Part shown: positions 38,167 to 47,939 of the stretch, one piece after another
How positions within the stretch are numbered: the stretch's first letter is position 1
How the letters are laid out: every line of letters starts with the position of its first letter
Virus record (IMG/VR): IMGVR_UViG_3300020044_007580
Span: 4,257 to 68,256 of that record
Length of the DNA stretch: 64,000 bases
From: a virus
Direction: 5' to 3' (one strand)
The notes under the pieces: model-generated
What the model saw: the letters and a program-made list of their open reading frames with translations, nothing else
What the model was told of the DNA's origin: nothing
Databases searched by the model: none
Program-made: the position numbers and the translations under genes

Positions 38167-41100
38167 ATGTCATTAGCAGAACTACAAAGATTAGCGTTAA
38201 TCAATGCTGAGCTTGTGCAAAAGGGCAAACCATTGCAAAGCTATGGACTACCTAGTGGACAGGCCAGCGAGTACGCAGGGCTCGAGGGGCTGTTCTCATC
38301 AGCTCAAAGCGCTGGTTCGTCTAGCTTCTTCCGCGATACAATTGGAGGGGCAGTCTCAGGATTAACATCTCTTATAAAGACAGGGACTGAGGCTGGCAAT
38401 TATGTAGGCAAGCAGGTCGGGCTACCTAATCTTGGATCTAACCTCTATACGTTCCTGACCCCTGGTTCATTCCTGCCTGACGTATTGTCACGTGCAACTA
38501 CCGGGAAGACTCTTGCCGAGCAACTGAGTAGCCTTGGGCAAAACGTAGCCAAAGATACATCGTCGACAGCCTATCAGGTTGGCAACATTCTGGGTCAAGC
38601 AGGGACAGCTATACTAGGAACTGGCGCGGTGTCGGCTGGACTCAAAGGACTTGGCATTGGAGCAAAGGCTATCAATGCCGCAGGGTTTACTACGACAGCA
38701 GCGGACATAGGCGCCGGCACGGCGATTGGCGGAGCGCTGCAAGCTGCTGGAGACTGGGAGCAGTTCGATAAGTCGAACGGCCAGCCTGGAGCTAAGATGA
38801 GCGGGGCCGAGTTCCTGACGAGAATGGGCATGGGAATGATCACGGGTGGACTATCTGCTCCTCTGAACCCACGCTGGGGTAAGCTTGCAAACATTGGGTT
38901 TGATGCGCTAGTTGGTGGTGCTACTCAAGGCGCGCTTGAAGGTGCGGGATATCTTGCTGCAAACAAAGCACGCCAAGAAGAGATCGAGAAAACATACAAG
39001 TCCAACATTGCTACCAGTGCCGCTATCAATGCAGCTATCGGCGCTGGGGCTCGTGGAGTTCAAGCGTTGCTGACTCCTAAGCCTGCAGCGGCCGAACCCG
39101 TTGCTCCTGCTGCGCCTGCTACACCGGTAGCAGCTCTGCCTGCTGCACAAGGAGTGACACCAACTGCCCCAACAACTATCAATCCGCTAGATCAGTTCAA
39201 GGCAAACATATCGGAATGGGCTAAGACGACCCCGCCCAATGAGGTAAACATAATTGCGCAGCAACTTGGAGCAAAAGACGGCTCAGCTCAAAGTCTGATA
39301 GAGCGCGTCGACCAGATCGTCGAGGACATGGATCCGAGCGGCGAGAATATTGCAGGTACATTGGAGTGGTTGGACAAGCAGTTTGGAACACAGTGGCACC
39401 CTAAAGGCACAGGCCAAGTACTGCCGGTTCAACCTGTAGCTGGAGCAGAACAACCTCAAGTTTCAGCAGAAGAGGCGGCAGAGCGAGCAGCTATTCAGGA
39501 AGAATCTGCTCCGTTTCAATATGCTCCGCCTACAGAACGAGCTAGTCAAGCTCTCGTGCCTAAGATAGAACTGTCACAGCCACCTGGTTTAAAACTACCA
39601 GCTGTTGATGTTGCAAAGGGCCAGGGTATAGATATCACTCCTCCAGAATTGTTGCGCTCTTCTATTCAGATTGCGGAGGCACATTATGTTGCAACACGCA
39701 AGATGTCTACATACTTGGAGCAACTACCACAGGACGTTGTATCCAAGATCGCAGCTAACGTAAAAGCTCGGAAAGCCACACCGGCTAGTATAGTGACAAA
39801 GTTGCAATCGGATGCAGCTGGATATGATCCAGCGCAAACTGGAGCGGGTCTTCAGTGGATGGAGCGTACATTCAACTCTCTCGTATCCCAAGTTCCAACA
39901 GTCAAAGAATCAGAGCGGTTAGTTTCGACACCGCCTACACCCGAGCCTGTACCTTCACCAATACAAGGAGAACCCAATGTTCAGCCGAGGCCTGAGGACG
40001 TCAATGTCAGTGAACCCGGACAACCTGAGCCAATCGCAGGAGAGCCGCCCGTCCAAGCGGTTGAGCCCAGTGAAGTCCAACAAGCAGAAGCTATCCCGCC
40101 CACTGGTGCGGAAGGTCAAGCGCCAGAAGAAGTAACAACACCAATTACAGAACCAATTGCAGGAGAGCCAAATGCCACTCAAGAAGGGCAAGTCACAGAA
40201 GGTGGTCAGCCAGAATATCTCGGAGTTCCACAAGGGGAAGACGTACAAGAAAACGTCCCAGAAGTTCGGCAAGAAGAAGGCGAACGCCCAAGCGATAGCA
40301 GTAGCCCTGTCGAAGGCGGGCAAGAGCAAGCCCAGTATTTCAGAGGAAGTCTAAGTACAAAGGAAAAAGTTGCGCTCGGAGGTTATGCAGGTCTGCCGGA
40401 TTCTCTAGTAAAGTCGAGTAATCCTGAGCTGGACGATCCGGTTGGGAGCGTGCCCGACACTGGTGTGCGCCGATCGCTAATAAACCGTGCAGCAGAATTT
40501 GTCAATAATGCATATAATTATTTAGACGGTTTCCATGTATCAAGAAACGTCATGGCAACCGTCAGAGATCCCATACGCGCGCGCCAAGATCTGGTACAAC
40601 TTTTGTCTGGCGAACCATTAATTAAACCTGTCGTGGGTAAAGAGAATCCTTTGACAGATGTGTGGAATGTTATATCTGCTGGAAAGCTGCCTCCCCTCCC
40701 AACTCTGACGGATTTAAGAAGGGACTCTCGAGAGAAGGTAAGAAACAATGTATGGGGCAAGGGAGAGCAGGAGGTGTATGTTCGAAGAAGAACCAAGTTA
40801 GCCATTAAGTATATATATTTAGATGACGCGGAGCAAGCAGCTAGGATCCCTGTAGCGCTAGTTACATGGTATCAGAGGGGACATGAGTATGCTGGCAACC
40901 CACCTGAGGAAACGCTGGTGTCTTTGATTCTTTCGCCAGATGTTCTTACCAGGTTTTCTTCAAGAAGAATAGCGGCGGAACCAATGCCGCCACAGCTTTT
41001 GAGTGACGCGCAATCATCTGGCACGTCTGAACAACAGCAACTAGATCTATCAAGCAGCTCTGTTGTAGCAGACAATTCATTAAGTAGACAGGCAAAATCT

Positions 41101-44100
41101 ACGCCAGCTAATAACAACGACCCTGTTATCACTGTCGCTGGAAGCGAGTTGTATAATGAGTTTGTTGGGGACATTGAACTCGATAACCCTGAGTCTTTGG
41201 TTGACCAGTACTTGCGGGATGGTTCAATTACAGACTTCCCAAATGCAACAAGTGATCAGATTGCGCGAGCTGAAGAGATTGTAGAAACGAATCTCAATGG
41301 TCGCAAGATTCAGGACCTTGCATCAATGATCATTGATCAAGAAAACACGCTATCTAGTGAGTCAGAAAAGATGGCGTCTTCGATTCAGAAGTTTTTGATT
41401 GGAGACACTACTGGCAGTCATACGCTAGAGATGTCGGTAGCTGGCGCACAGAACCCATTGCGCAACCTGATTGGAATAATTGCTGACTATACTGGAGCCG
41501 ACGCTCCAGACATGCGACGGATGAAGAAGGATGCCCAGGCAACGATGCTTGATGATGGCGTAATGCGATCTGATTATGTCTTTGAAAAAGATGGCGTACC
41601 GGTCGCAAGTATGACATACTATAAGGAGCCCGGCAATAAGCGTGCGATTATAATTCTAGAGCCTAGCAAAGAACTGCAGGCTGCTATCCGCCTACAGCAG
41701 AGCGAGGTTATCAACCGTACAATGGAGGACCAGTATGGTGTATCGTCGGATATTGGAGAAATGTTTGCGGAGACTGAGACCGGCATTAGCCCAGCTGAAG
41801 TAGCTCAGCTAGACGTACAGCAAACTAGAGACAAACGTCAGCTGCCTTATCAAGAGAACGTTGAGTCGCGCTCTCAGATGCAGCAGATATATCAAGAGCA
41901 GATAAAAGAATATGCTAACACGTACGATGTTCCTGTCGAGACGTTTGATGCAGCTGTTGTTGCGGCCTCTAATGCAGAGGCGGAGTCTGGACGCCCTGGA
42001 GATATTTTCCAAACGGATGCTTGGCAGTCATACGTTGACGGACTACAAGATCCGGAACAAGTAGCAATAGCTGAGGATCATAACTATCGAACCGATGTAC
42101 GGGAAGCGTTGGCGTTCAAGCGTCAGATTGAAATGGCAACGCAAACAGTTGCTGGCCCTGCAAAACCCAGGCGCACTAAACGTAGCAAGCCAGAGCAAAA
42201 GGGCTTTGACTTTAACGAAGGTGCTGCAAAAGCTTCATTGGGCATCTTGCCGGCGATTGCGGCGCCTACGCTTGAAGATGACAAGGAGTATTTCCCTGGC
42301 GTAAATGGCGCAACTCTTAAGGGGCTGCTGTTTGCTGTTGGAGGTGGCGCCTTTATGGTGCATCATATCAGCAAGAAGCCAATCATGCATGTCGGCGCTG
42401 AGATTACTGGCTTGACTACGCAGCGCACGACATGGATGCAGTCGCTTCGGAATCGAATGGTTGGCGTTCGTGATAGGATTACTGGATCTGATGCTAAGAA
42501 GTTGCAGCATGCCACTATAGAACACAACGCCCGCATATATGGCGAAGCCATGAATCTAAGCGAAGAGCAGATCAAGGAGTTGGCCGCTAAAAACATCAAG
42601 GACAATGATGCATTGGAGAGCATGCCTAGCATGTTTGGACTCGGTGGCGTAACATCACTGTCTATCTTGGGCAAGCAAACAGGCAATGCGCTTCCAGGCA
42701 GGTTGGCTGAAGCAGCATATGCCGGACGTGCGATTGGAGAGAAGAGATCTATTGCTATCAACCTTGCTCAAAAAGCATTCAAGTCTTTGCCAGAAGATAG
42801 GCAGGTTGCTCTTGGTCAGTTGCTTATTGACATAGACTATGCCACTACCAATAGGATAAATGCCGAGCAGATCATGAGCACTGAGAATAGGTGGACTCCT
42901 AAGGCTGCAACGCTGCGGGATCTTTGCAAGCAAGAGATCGAGAATGTATTAAAGAAGACCGCAGCACAGAATCCTAGCGCGTGGCCTCAGCTCGAACAAG
43001 ACTACAGGATGTTAGATCCCATCTATGATGATGCGCGGCGGGCATATTTTGAGATGGTAGCATTTGAGCAGGCAGGCGTAGAAAGTATTGACAGTGGGTT
43101 TAAGAGTTACGGAAAGAAAATTGATCAACTGGAGAAGGTAAAGGCTGGAGCGTTAGAGCAGCTGCAATCAGCGCAAGCCAAGGGGGCATCTCTTGAGGAG
43201 ATAAAAGCAATCACAAGTGCTATTGAGGGGATCAACAACCAGGTGATCATGGCGATGAAGATGCGCAATGTGATTGGCGATTTACGCAACGCTCGAGATA
43301 TGTCTGTTGTGCGCAAGTATATCCCAAGATGGTTTGACGTAGACCGACATGAGTTCAGGATTAGAATCAAAGAAACTGCAACAGACATTGGACTGGTTCA
43401 GTCATTCAAGGACGAAGCCGGCATGACTAGATTCTTGGAAATGATGAACAAGCAGTTGACCGACGAAGATCGTAAGCTGAACGGCATCCCTGCAACTCAT
43501 CCGCAGACCGGTAGGGATATCAATACATTCTCTGACTTCTATAGATCCCAGGGAGGAAGTGTTGAGGTAGTGGTCAACAAGCAGAAGATCACTAAAATCA
43601 TTGAGCATACAGCGGATCAGATGGCTCTGAGAGAAGCTCTCGAAGCATTGCAAGACTCTGTTGCAGATGGTGGTGGCATAACAGCGGACAGATTCAAACG
43701 GTTCTTTGAGGCGTATGGCAGTGACTTGTCGAACATGATAACTGCCAAAGAGCTTGACGACATCGGTATTTCTGGCCGAGAAATAGACAAACTGGTTGCA
43801 GCAAACAGCAGAGTGTCAACAGCACAGATTCGACGACTTATCAATGCTGTGGCTGTACCCAGAATGACCGATGTAACAATGCATCGTGCTAACGTTTTAG
43901 GATACGCCCCGGAGAGAATAAACAATCTTACCAAGGAAGTCAATCCTTTGTTCTCTAGAGACATGGTTGACTTTATTGATAACGGCTTTAACTTCTTCTT
44001 GGCCAGAACCAAAAGCCGGGCAGAGAGTGCGAGCTTACGTCGAGAGATAAACTCTCAGATCATTGATCTTACTGCGCGTGGAATTGCGCCAACCTATGTC

Positions 44101-46017
44101 GATAGAATAGCAAGTATTGGTAGCGGTCTGCGCTGGAAGCCAACAACAATGACTACAGCATTAGGTAAGGAGATACTCCTAAGCCGTTTTGATCGTAAGA
44201 TAGCAGCGTTTGGAGCATTCAAAATGATGGGAGGCAATGTCCCATCTGCGGTGAAAAACGTATTCATGGGCTTTATCAACACGGCTACGCAGTTATCATC
44301 AGAGACCGATGGTAGCTTGGCTAAAGCTATGTCACTTGGGTATAAGGGTGAGGCGGCTTACTGGCAAATGTTGGCAAAAGATCGTTCGATGCGGAAGGAA
44401 ATGGCCGCGCACCTGCGTTCTCCAGATAGTCTTCAGACCATCGACGAACAGATAAATAGGGCTATAAAGTCTAACGACGCGGCGCGTGCGGTGTGGATTC
44501 TGGCTCGAGAGTCAGGGGCATTTGACGCTGTGTTCTATAAGAACCTTGAGCGTGTACTTAATCCAGAGACTATATCAAAAAGCAAGATTGCACAGAAAAT
44601 AGTTGATATAGCAGCATTGCCGCAAGTCTTAGCCGAGCATCACAATCGTGGCGCTTCATTTATGACTGGAGCTATGGCGCATCTGCAACAGTTCCCGGCT
44701 GATGTTGAGGGCGCGTTTGCCAAGGGACTGCAGTTCCAGGGTATGACGCAAGGTAACTTCAACAACTACAACAAGTCGGCTCTTGAGCGCAAGCTTTTGG
44801 AATTGCCGTTTGGCAGATCTTTCTTGTTGCTGTCTAATGCAGCGCTGCGTAGCAACGAACAGCTTGGCGCGCACTTTGTCGCAGCTGCAATGAGGCCGAC
44901 GCATTCAAAGATTTGGGTTCCTCTGTTGGCGTATGCCGGTACTTCTATGGTATTCACTGGATTGGTTGGCGCGCCGATCGCTGGTGACGTTTACAAGACC
45001 GTCAACTTTATAGCAGACTTGTTCGAGAAGGACGACGACGAGCTAAAGGCAATCAAAGAAAGTCCGCTTGAAGCGTTGCAGCGCAAGGCAGGTGAATCGG
45101 CCGCAGCTATGGGCTTTAGCCAAGAGCTTGGCGAGTGGGTGTTCAAGAACATATCTATCGGCACTTCTTCGGTTCTTACTGGCAAGAACTTCAGCACAGA
45201 GAATACTATTATCAACTTTGCAACACAGTGGCCGCCTCCTGGAATCTCTGCCCCACTGGCAGCCTTTGACTACTTCAGAAACTTTGGTGACATGCAGACT
45301 CCTGCCGCAATGGTTATTGGTGGGACGTCCGCATTCAATGCAGAGTTGGGACGTATATTCCGTGGGTTCGAGCAGGTTCGAGTTGGTGGCAAGCTTGGCA
45401 AGAGTGGCGATCAGGTGTCTACAGGGTATGACCTAAAGAACTATGTAGGCGATGTGTTGTTTGGTTCAGACTTGGACGACGCTTTGTATGGTACAAGTAA
45501 GCGTGGCGGAGGTGGTAAGATATACTTTGCTGATCAGGCAAACGCTTACATGAAGACTATAGATAACATCAGTGGGATAAAGCTTGACCAGAGACTCCAC
45601 AAGGATCCATTCTTCGTTAAGACAGAAGGCCTGCCGGACAAGCAGGCCATGGTGGAGGCTGTCAATAAATTCAGAAGCTTGAACATTGTCAACTACGATG
45701 CACTTGCGGAACAACGTCAGCGTACTCTTGACATATGGAATGGCATAGCATCAGATCCAGAAAAGCGTAATGTCTTAGTTCGCATAGCTATGGAAGGACA
45801 GCAGGGGTCAAGACAGAGCGACCCAGGGGCATGGATTGATGGGGCGGGCGACAAGATAAAGTCTTATTATCTAGGCCTTGCAGTGCAGCGTTCGTACTCA
45901 CAGATGGGGATACCGCCCCCTGAGTTTAAGTATCAAGAAGCGGACCCTATGTTCCCGGTGTGGAAGTATATTGCTGACAAGGCAAAGCGTGGTGGGATTA
46001 TGATTGCACCAGAATAG
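38167..46017 (+). CDS. Giant internal virion (cargo/ejection) protein
   Basis: 2616 aa; Gly/Ala membrane-tropic N-terminus, P/E/Q linkers, internal hydrophobic hairpin, helical C-terminal half; last gene of the virion operon. Confidence 0.7.
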   Translation: MSLAELQRLALINAELVQKGKPLQSYGLPSGQASEYAGLEGLFSSAQSAGSSSFFRDTIGGAVSGLTSLIKTGTEAGNYVGKQVGLPNLGSNLYTFLTPGSFLPDVLSRATTGKTLAEQLSSLGQNVAKDTSSTAYQVGNILGQAGTAILGTGAVSAGLKGLGIGAKAINAAGFTTTAADIGAGTAIGGALQAAGDWEQFDKSNGQPGAKMSGAEFLTRMGMGMITGGLSAPLNPRWGKLANIGFDALVGGATQGALEGAGYLAANKARQEEIEKTYKSNIATSAAINAAIGAGARGVQALLTPKPAAAEPVAPAAPATPVAALPAAQGVTPTAPTTINPLDQFKANISEWAKTTPPNEVNIIAQQLGAKDGSAQSLIERVDQIVEDMDPSGENIAGTLEWLDKQFGTQWHPKGTGQVLPVQPVAGAEQPQVSAEEAAERAAIQEESAPFQYAPPTERASQALVPKIELSQPPGLKLPAVDVAKGQGIDITPPELLRSSIQIAEAHYVATRKMSTYLEQLPQDVVSKIAANVKARKATPASIVTKLQSDAAGYDPAQTGAGLQWMERTFNSLVSQVPTVKESERLVSTPPTPEPVPSPIQGEPNVQPRPEDVNVSEPGQPEPIAGEPPVQAVEPSEVQQAEAIPPTGAEGQAPEEVTTPITEPIAGEPNATQEGQVTEGGQPEYLGVPQGEDVQENVPEVRQEEGERPSDSSSPVEGGQEQAQYFRGSLSTKEKVALGGYAGLPDSLVKSSNPELDDPVGSVPDTGVRRSLINRAAEFVNNAYNYLDGFHVSRNVMATVRDPIRARQDLVQLLSGEPLIKPVVGKENPLTDVWNVISAGKLPPLPTLTDLRRDSREKVRNNVWGKGEQEVYVRRRTKLAIKYIYLDDAEQAARIPVALVTWYQRGHEYAGNPPEETLVSLILSPDVLTRFSSRRIAAEPMPPQLLSDAQSSGTSEQQQLDLSSSSVVADNSLSRQAKSTPANNNDPVITVAGSELYNEFVGDIELDNPESLVDQYLRDGSITDFPNATSDQIARAEEIVETNLNGRKIQDLASMIIDQENTLSSESEKMASSIQKFLIGDTTGSHTLEMSVAGAQNPLRNLIGIIADYTGADAPDMRRMKKDAQATMLDDGVMRSDYVFEKDGVPVASMTYYKEPGNKRAIIILEPSKELQAAIRLQQSEVINRTMEDQYGVSSDIGEMFAETETGISPAEVAQLDVQQTRDKRQLPYQENVESRSQMQQIYQEQIKEYANTYDVPVETFDAAVVAASNAEAESGRPGDIFQTDAWQSYVDGLQDPEQVAIAEDHNYRTDVREALAFKRQIEMATQTVAGPAKPRRTKRSKPEQKGFDFNEGAAKASLGILPAIAAPTLEDDKEYFPGVNGATLKGLLFAVGGGAFMVHHISKKPIMHVGAEITGLTTQRTTWMQSLRNRMVGVRDRITGSDAKKLQHATIEHNARIYGEAMNLSEEQIKELAAKNIKDNDALESMPSMFGLGGVTSLSILGKQTGNALPGRLAEAAYAGRAIGEKRSIAINLAQKAFKSLPEDRQVALGQLLIDIDYATTNRINAEQIMSTENRWTPKAATLRDLCKQEIENVLKKTAAQNPSAWPQLEQDYRMLDPIYDDARRAYFEMVAFEQAGVESIDSGFKSYGKKIDQLEKVKAGALEQLQSAQAKGASLEEIKAITSAIEGINNQVIMAMKMRNVIGDLRNARDMSVVRKYIPRWFDVDRHEFRIRIKETATDIGLVQSFKDEAGMTRFLEMMNKQLTDEDRKLNGIPATHPQTGRDINTFSDFYRSQGGSVEVVVNKQKITKIIEHTADQMALREALEALQDSVADGGGITADRFKRFFEAYGSDLSNMITAKELDDIGISGREIDKLVAANSRVSTAQIRRLINAVAVPRMTDVTMHRANVLGYAPERINNLTKEVNPLFSRDMVDFIDNGFNFFLARTKSRAESASLRREINSQIIDLTARGIAPTYVDRIASIGSGLRWKPTTMTTALGKEILLSRFDRKIAAFGAFKMMGGNVPSAVKNVFMGFINTATQLSSETDGSLAKAMSLGYKGEAAYWQMLAKDRSMRKEMAAHLRSPDSLQTIDEQINRAIKSNDAARAVWILARESGAFDAVFYKNLERVLNPETISKSKIAQKIVDIAALPQVLAEHHNRGASFMTGAMAHLQQFPADVEGAFAKGLQFQGMTQGNFNNYNKSALERKLLELPFGRSFLLLSNAALRSNEQLGAHFVAAAMRPTHSKIWVPLLAYAGTSMVFTGLVGAPIAGDVYKTVNFIADLFEKDDDELKAIKESPLEALQRKAGESAAAMGFSQELGEWVFKNISIGTSSVLTGKNFSTENTIINFATQWPPPGISAPLAAFDYFRNFGDMQTPAAMVIGGTSAFNAELGRIFRGFEQVRVGGKLGKSGDQVSTGYDLKNYVGDVLFGSDLDDALYGTSKRGGGGKIYFADQANAYMKTIDNISGIKLDQRLHKDPFFVKTEGLPDKQAMVEAVNKFRSLNIVNYDALAEQRQRTLDIWNGIASDPEKRNVLVRIAMEGQQGSRQSDPGAWIDGAGDKIKSYYLGLAVQRSYSQMGIPPPEFKYQEADPMFPVWKYIADKAKRGGIMIAPE
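39977..40135 (+). CDS. Nested +1-frame basic peptide (52 aa) carrying the capsid N-terminal motif
   Basis: AAGGAG 6 nt before the ATG; MFSRGLRTSMSVNPDNL...KVKRQKK; matches MCP residues FRRGLRTTETVNPDNI. Confidence 0.6.
   Translation: MFSRGLRTSMSVNPDNLSQSQESRPSKRLSPVKSNKQKLSRPLVRKVKRQKK
40172..40354 (+). CDS. Nested +1-frame small basic protein (MPLKKGKS...QAIAVALSKAG)
   Basis: AGGAG 6 nt before the ATG; 60 aa; motif I recognise from stand-alone small phage proteins (DUF6496-like C-terminus). Confidence 0.7.
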   Translation: MPLKKGKSQKVVSQNISEFHKGKTYKKTSQKFGKKKANAQAIAVALSKAGKSKPSISEEV

Positions 46018-46019
46018 TA

Positions 46020-47051
46020 TTAAGAAGACAACCGAGCAACCATGTCTGATAGGCGCTGTGCATCTTTCTGGAACTTCTCGATGACTGCTTGCAATTCTGG
46101 AGACTGTGTCGTAGCTAAGTCTGGATTGTTAGGCGCAGATTGCTTGGCCCAGACTTGGCGTATACTGTCGTGGCTGTTAGAAGTATTGCGCTTGATGTAC
46201 TTTTGTGTGATGTTGATCGAGCTGTGATCTAGCAGGCGCGTTGCCTCAAGAACCCCAACTCTTTCTGCCATCATGGTTCCGGCTGTATGTCGTAACGCAT
46301 GTGGCGTGAACTTGTATGGTAGGTTTAGCTTAGAGATGTACCCTCGCAGTCCACCTTGACTTGCTGGCTCCGACCCTGTACCTGGGAATAGGTAAGCATT
46401 CCTAACGCTGCGCTGTTCTCTGAGGCGTATGTACTGTTGCGCTATATCTTTGAACGTCTGACCATTAGGCATGACAATGTCCAGTGGGATGCTCTTCTCT
46501 ATGTCCTCGACTGTACGTGATTTCTGTCTGACAATGAAGAAGGACAACTCGTCCTTGGTCAGCTTGTAGTTCTTTGCTGTTAGTGCTGCAGAGATTCGTG
46601 CTCCAGTAAAGAGCATGACACACATTGTTACGTAGTGCTTGATGTCCCCGTAGGTAGAACGGTAGTTGTCCATACGCTGAAACAGGACTTGCAGTTGATC
46701 GTCGGACATTGCTTTGTCAGACCAGTCACTACTAGTCTTGATGGCGAATCGCTTTATAAGCTCAGAGGCGGCAGTGCTATCAATCAAGTATTGATCTTTC
46801 AGTATAGCTGCAAGAGTCTTGGCATACTTGTAGCGAGCATTGCGAGTGTGCGAGGATTGAGCTAAGTAATCTCTGATCAACAGAACTAGCTCGACTCCGT
46901 TTGGGAATGTATCTTGTTTGTAGTAGTCTAGCAGTACATTCATAGACCTGCGAGCAAGTTGCTGCAAAGACTTTGATGGCACGTCTCGTTTTTTAGTTGG
47001 CATCATACAGTACACATTGACTGCGTTCAATAGTTGGGCTCTAGTTGTCAT
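46020..47051 (-). CDS. Tyrosine recombinase/integrase
   Basis: Catalytic set R (FTGARIS), K (RQKS), HxxR (HALRH), H (LLDHS), Y (TQKY). Confidence 0.9.
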   Translation of the reverse strand: MTTRAQLLNAVNVYCMMPTKKRDVPSKSLQQLARRSMNVLLDYYKQDTFPNGVELVLLIRDYLAQSSHTRNARYKYAKTLAAILKDQYLIDSTAASELIKRFAIKTSSDWSDKAMSDDQLQVLFQRMDNYRSTYGDIKHYVTMCVMLFTGARISAALTAKNYKLTKDELSFFIVRQKSRTVEDIEKSIPLDIVMPNGQTFKDIAQQYIRLREQRSVRNAYLFPGTGSEPASQGGLRGYISKLNLPYKFTPHALRHTAGTMMAERVGVLEATRLLDHSSINITQKYIKRNTSNSHDSIRQVWAKQSAPNNPDLATTQSPELQAVIEKFQKDAQRLSDMVARLSS

Positions 47052-47178
47052 CGTCGATACGTCCCCCGGATTTGGTTGTGATATAAAACTTCTGCAAAAT
47101 AAAAGCTATCCAGCGCAGATACCTCTCATAGCCAGTTGCATGCTGCTCCTTGGCTTCTTCTAGTTGATCGTCATACAT
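47041..47178 (-). CDS. Small hypothetical protein (45 aa)
   Basis: MYDDQLEEAK...RIDDDN fills the gap and overlaps the recombinase start. Confidence 0.4.
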   Translation of the reverse strand: MYDDQLEEAKEQHATGYERYLRWIAFILQKFYITTKSGGRIDDDN

Positions 47179-47181
47179 GCG

Positions 47182-47373
47182 TCAAAAGTTAATTATGGTA
47201 AATAAAATCTTGCAACACAACAGCCAAATGACAATTAGTATAATGGCGTCTGTGTGATGTTTGCGCGACAGCGCGATGGCAGCCCTCCATGGTATGTATA
47301 GAAAAACTGCAAAGCAAAGAATGTACGCTGTAATTTCCGATGCTATGCTGGCAGATGTTGTTTGCGTGATCAT
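47182..47373 (-). CDS. Small two-TM membrane protein
   Basis: 63 aa, two hydrophobic segments, ATGA coupling. Confidence 0.55.
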   Translation of the reverse strand: MITQTTSASIASEITAYILCFAVFLYIPWRAAIALSRKHHTDAIILIVIWLLCCKILFTIINF

Positions 47374-47939
47374 ATTGTTACTGTGCTGTATGGGTTGGTG
47401 GTAGAATCTTTCGTTATTGTTTGTGATTGTAGTAGTATGTAGCGTGCGACTGCCTCGGGCACTGATCGTACTGCAAACTCGTTGAGTATCTTCTGAACAG
47501 CAGTCCTGCCGGCTCGTTCGCTCATGCTTAGTGCGGTAGTAGTTTCCTTGACGGTGTATCCAGCAGCCAAGTATGCAAGCATGGAGCTGGCAATCGGTGG
47601 CAGTTGGGCATCTGCGTTGAGCGCAGTGATCCTTGAGTAATGGTTACGATATAGCAGTACGAGAATGCTACGAGCGAACTGCGGCGTAGAATGTGCGAGG
47701 CTGTGCCACGCACTATCTTCTGTAGTCCTTCTATAGACAAGCCCCTCTATAGTCGGCGTGCCGTACGGCAGCAGAAGACTGTACCGCACGCTGTATGTTG
47801 GGTGCAACAGGACCGCCTCAAACCCTTGGTCGGTACGCGCAGATCCAGCGAGCATCGTCTTGTGAATCTCTGCTATACATGAATCAAGATCTAATGCTTT
47901 GATGTCTGATATGTTGTAACGGTATTTCATGTTATGCAA
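47370..47939 (-). CDS. LuxR-type HTH regulator
   Basis: LAYLAAGYTVKE...ALSMSER.....V.KI...F.VRS..EAV. Confidence 0.65.
   Translation of the reverse strand: MHNMKYRYNISDIKALDLDSCIAEIHKTMLAGSARTDQGFEAVLLHPTYSVRYSLLLPYGTPTIEGLVYRRTTEDSAWHSLAHSTPQFARSILVLLYRNHYSRITALNADAQLPPIASSMLAYLAAGYTVKETTTALSMSERAGRTAVQKILNEFAVRSVPEAVARYILLQSQTITKDSTTNPYSTVTI

Noticed and set aside
34861-46017. Virion RNA polymerase as in crAss-like or N4 phages
   Set aside because: No DxDGD/DFDID or T7-type catalytic motifs found by eye; a profile search is needed to exclude it fully
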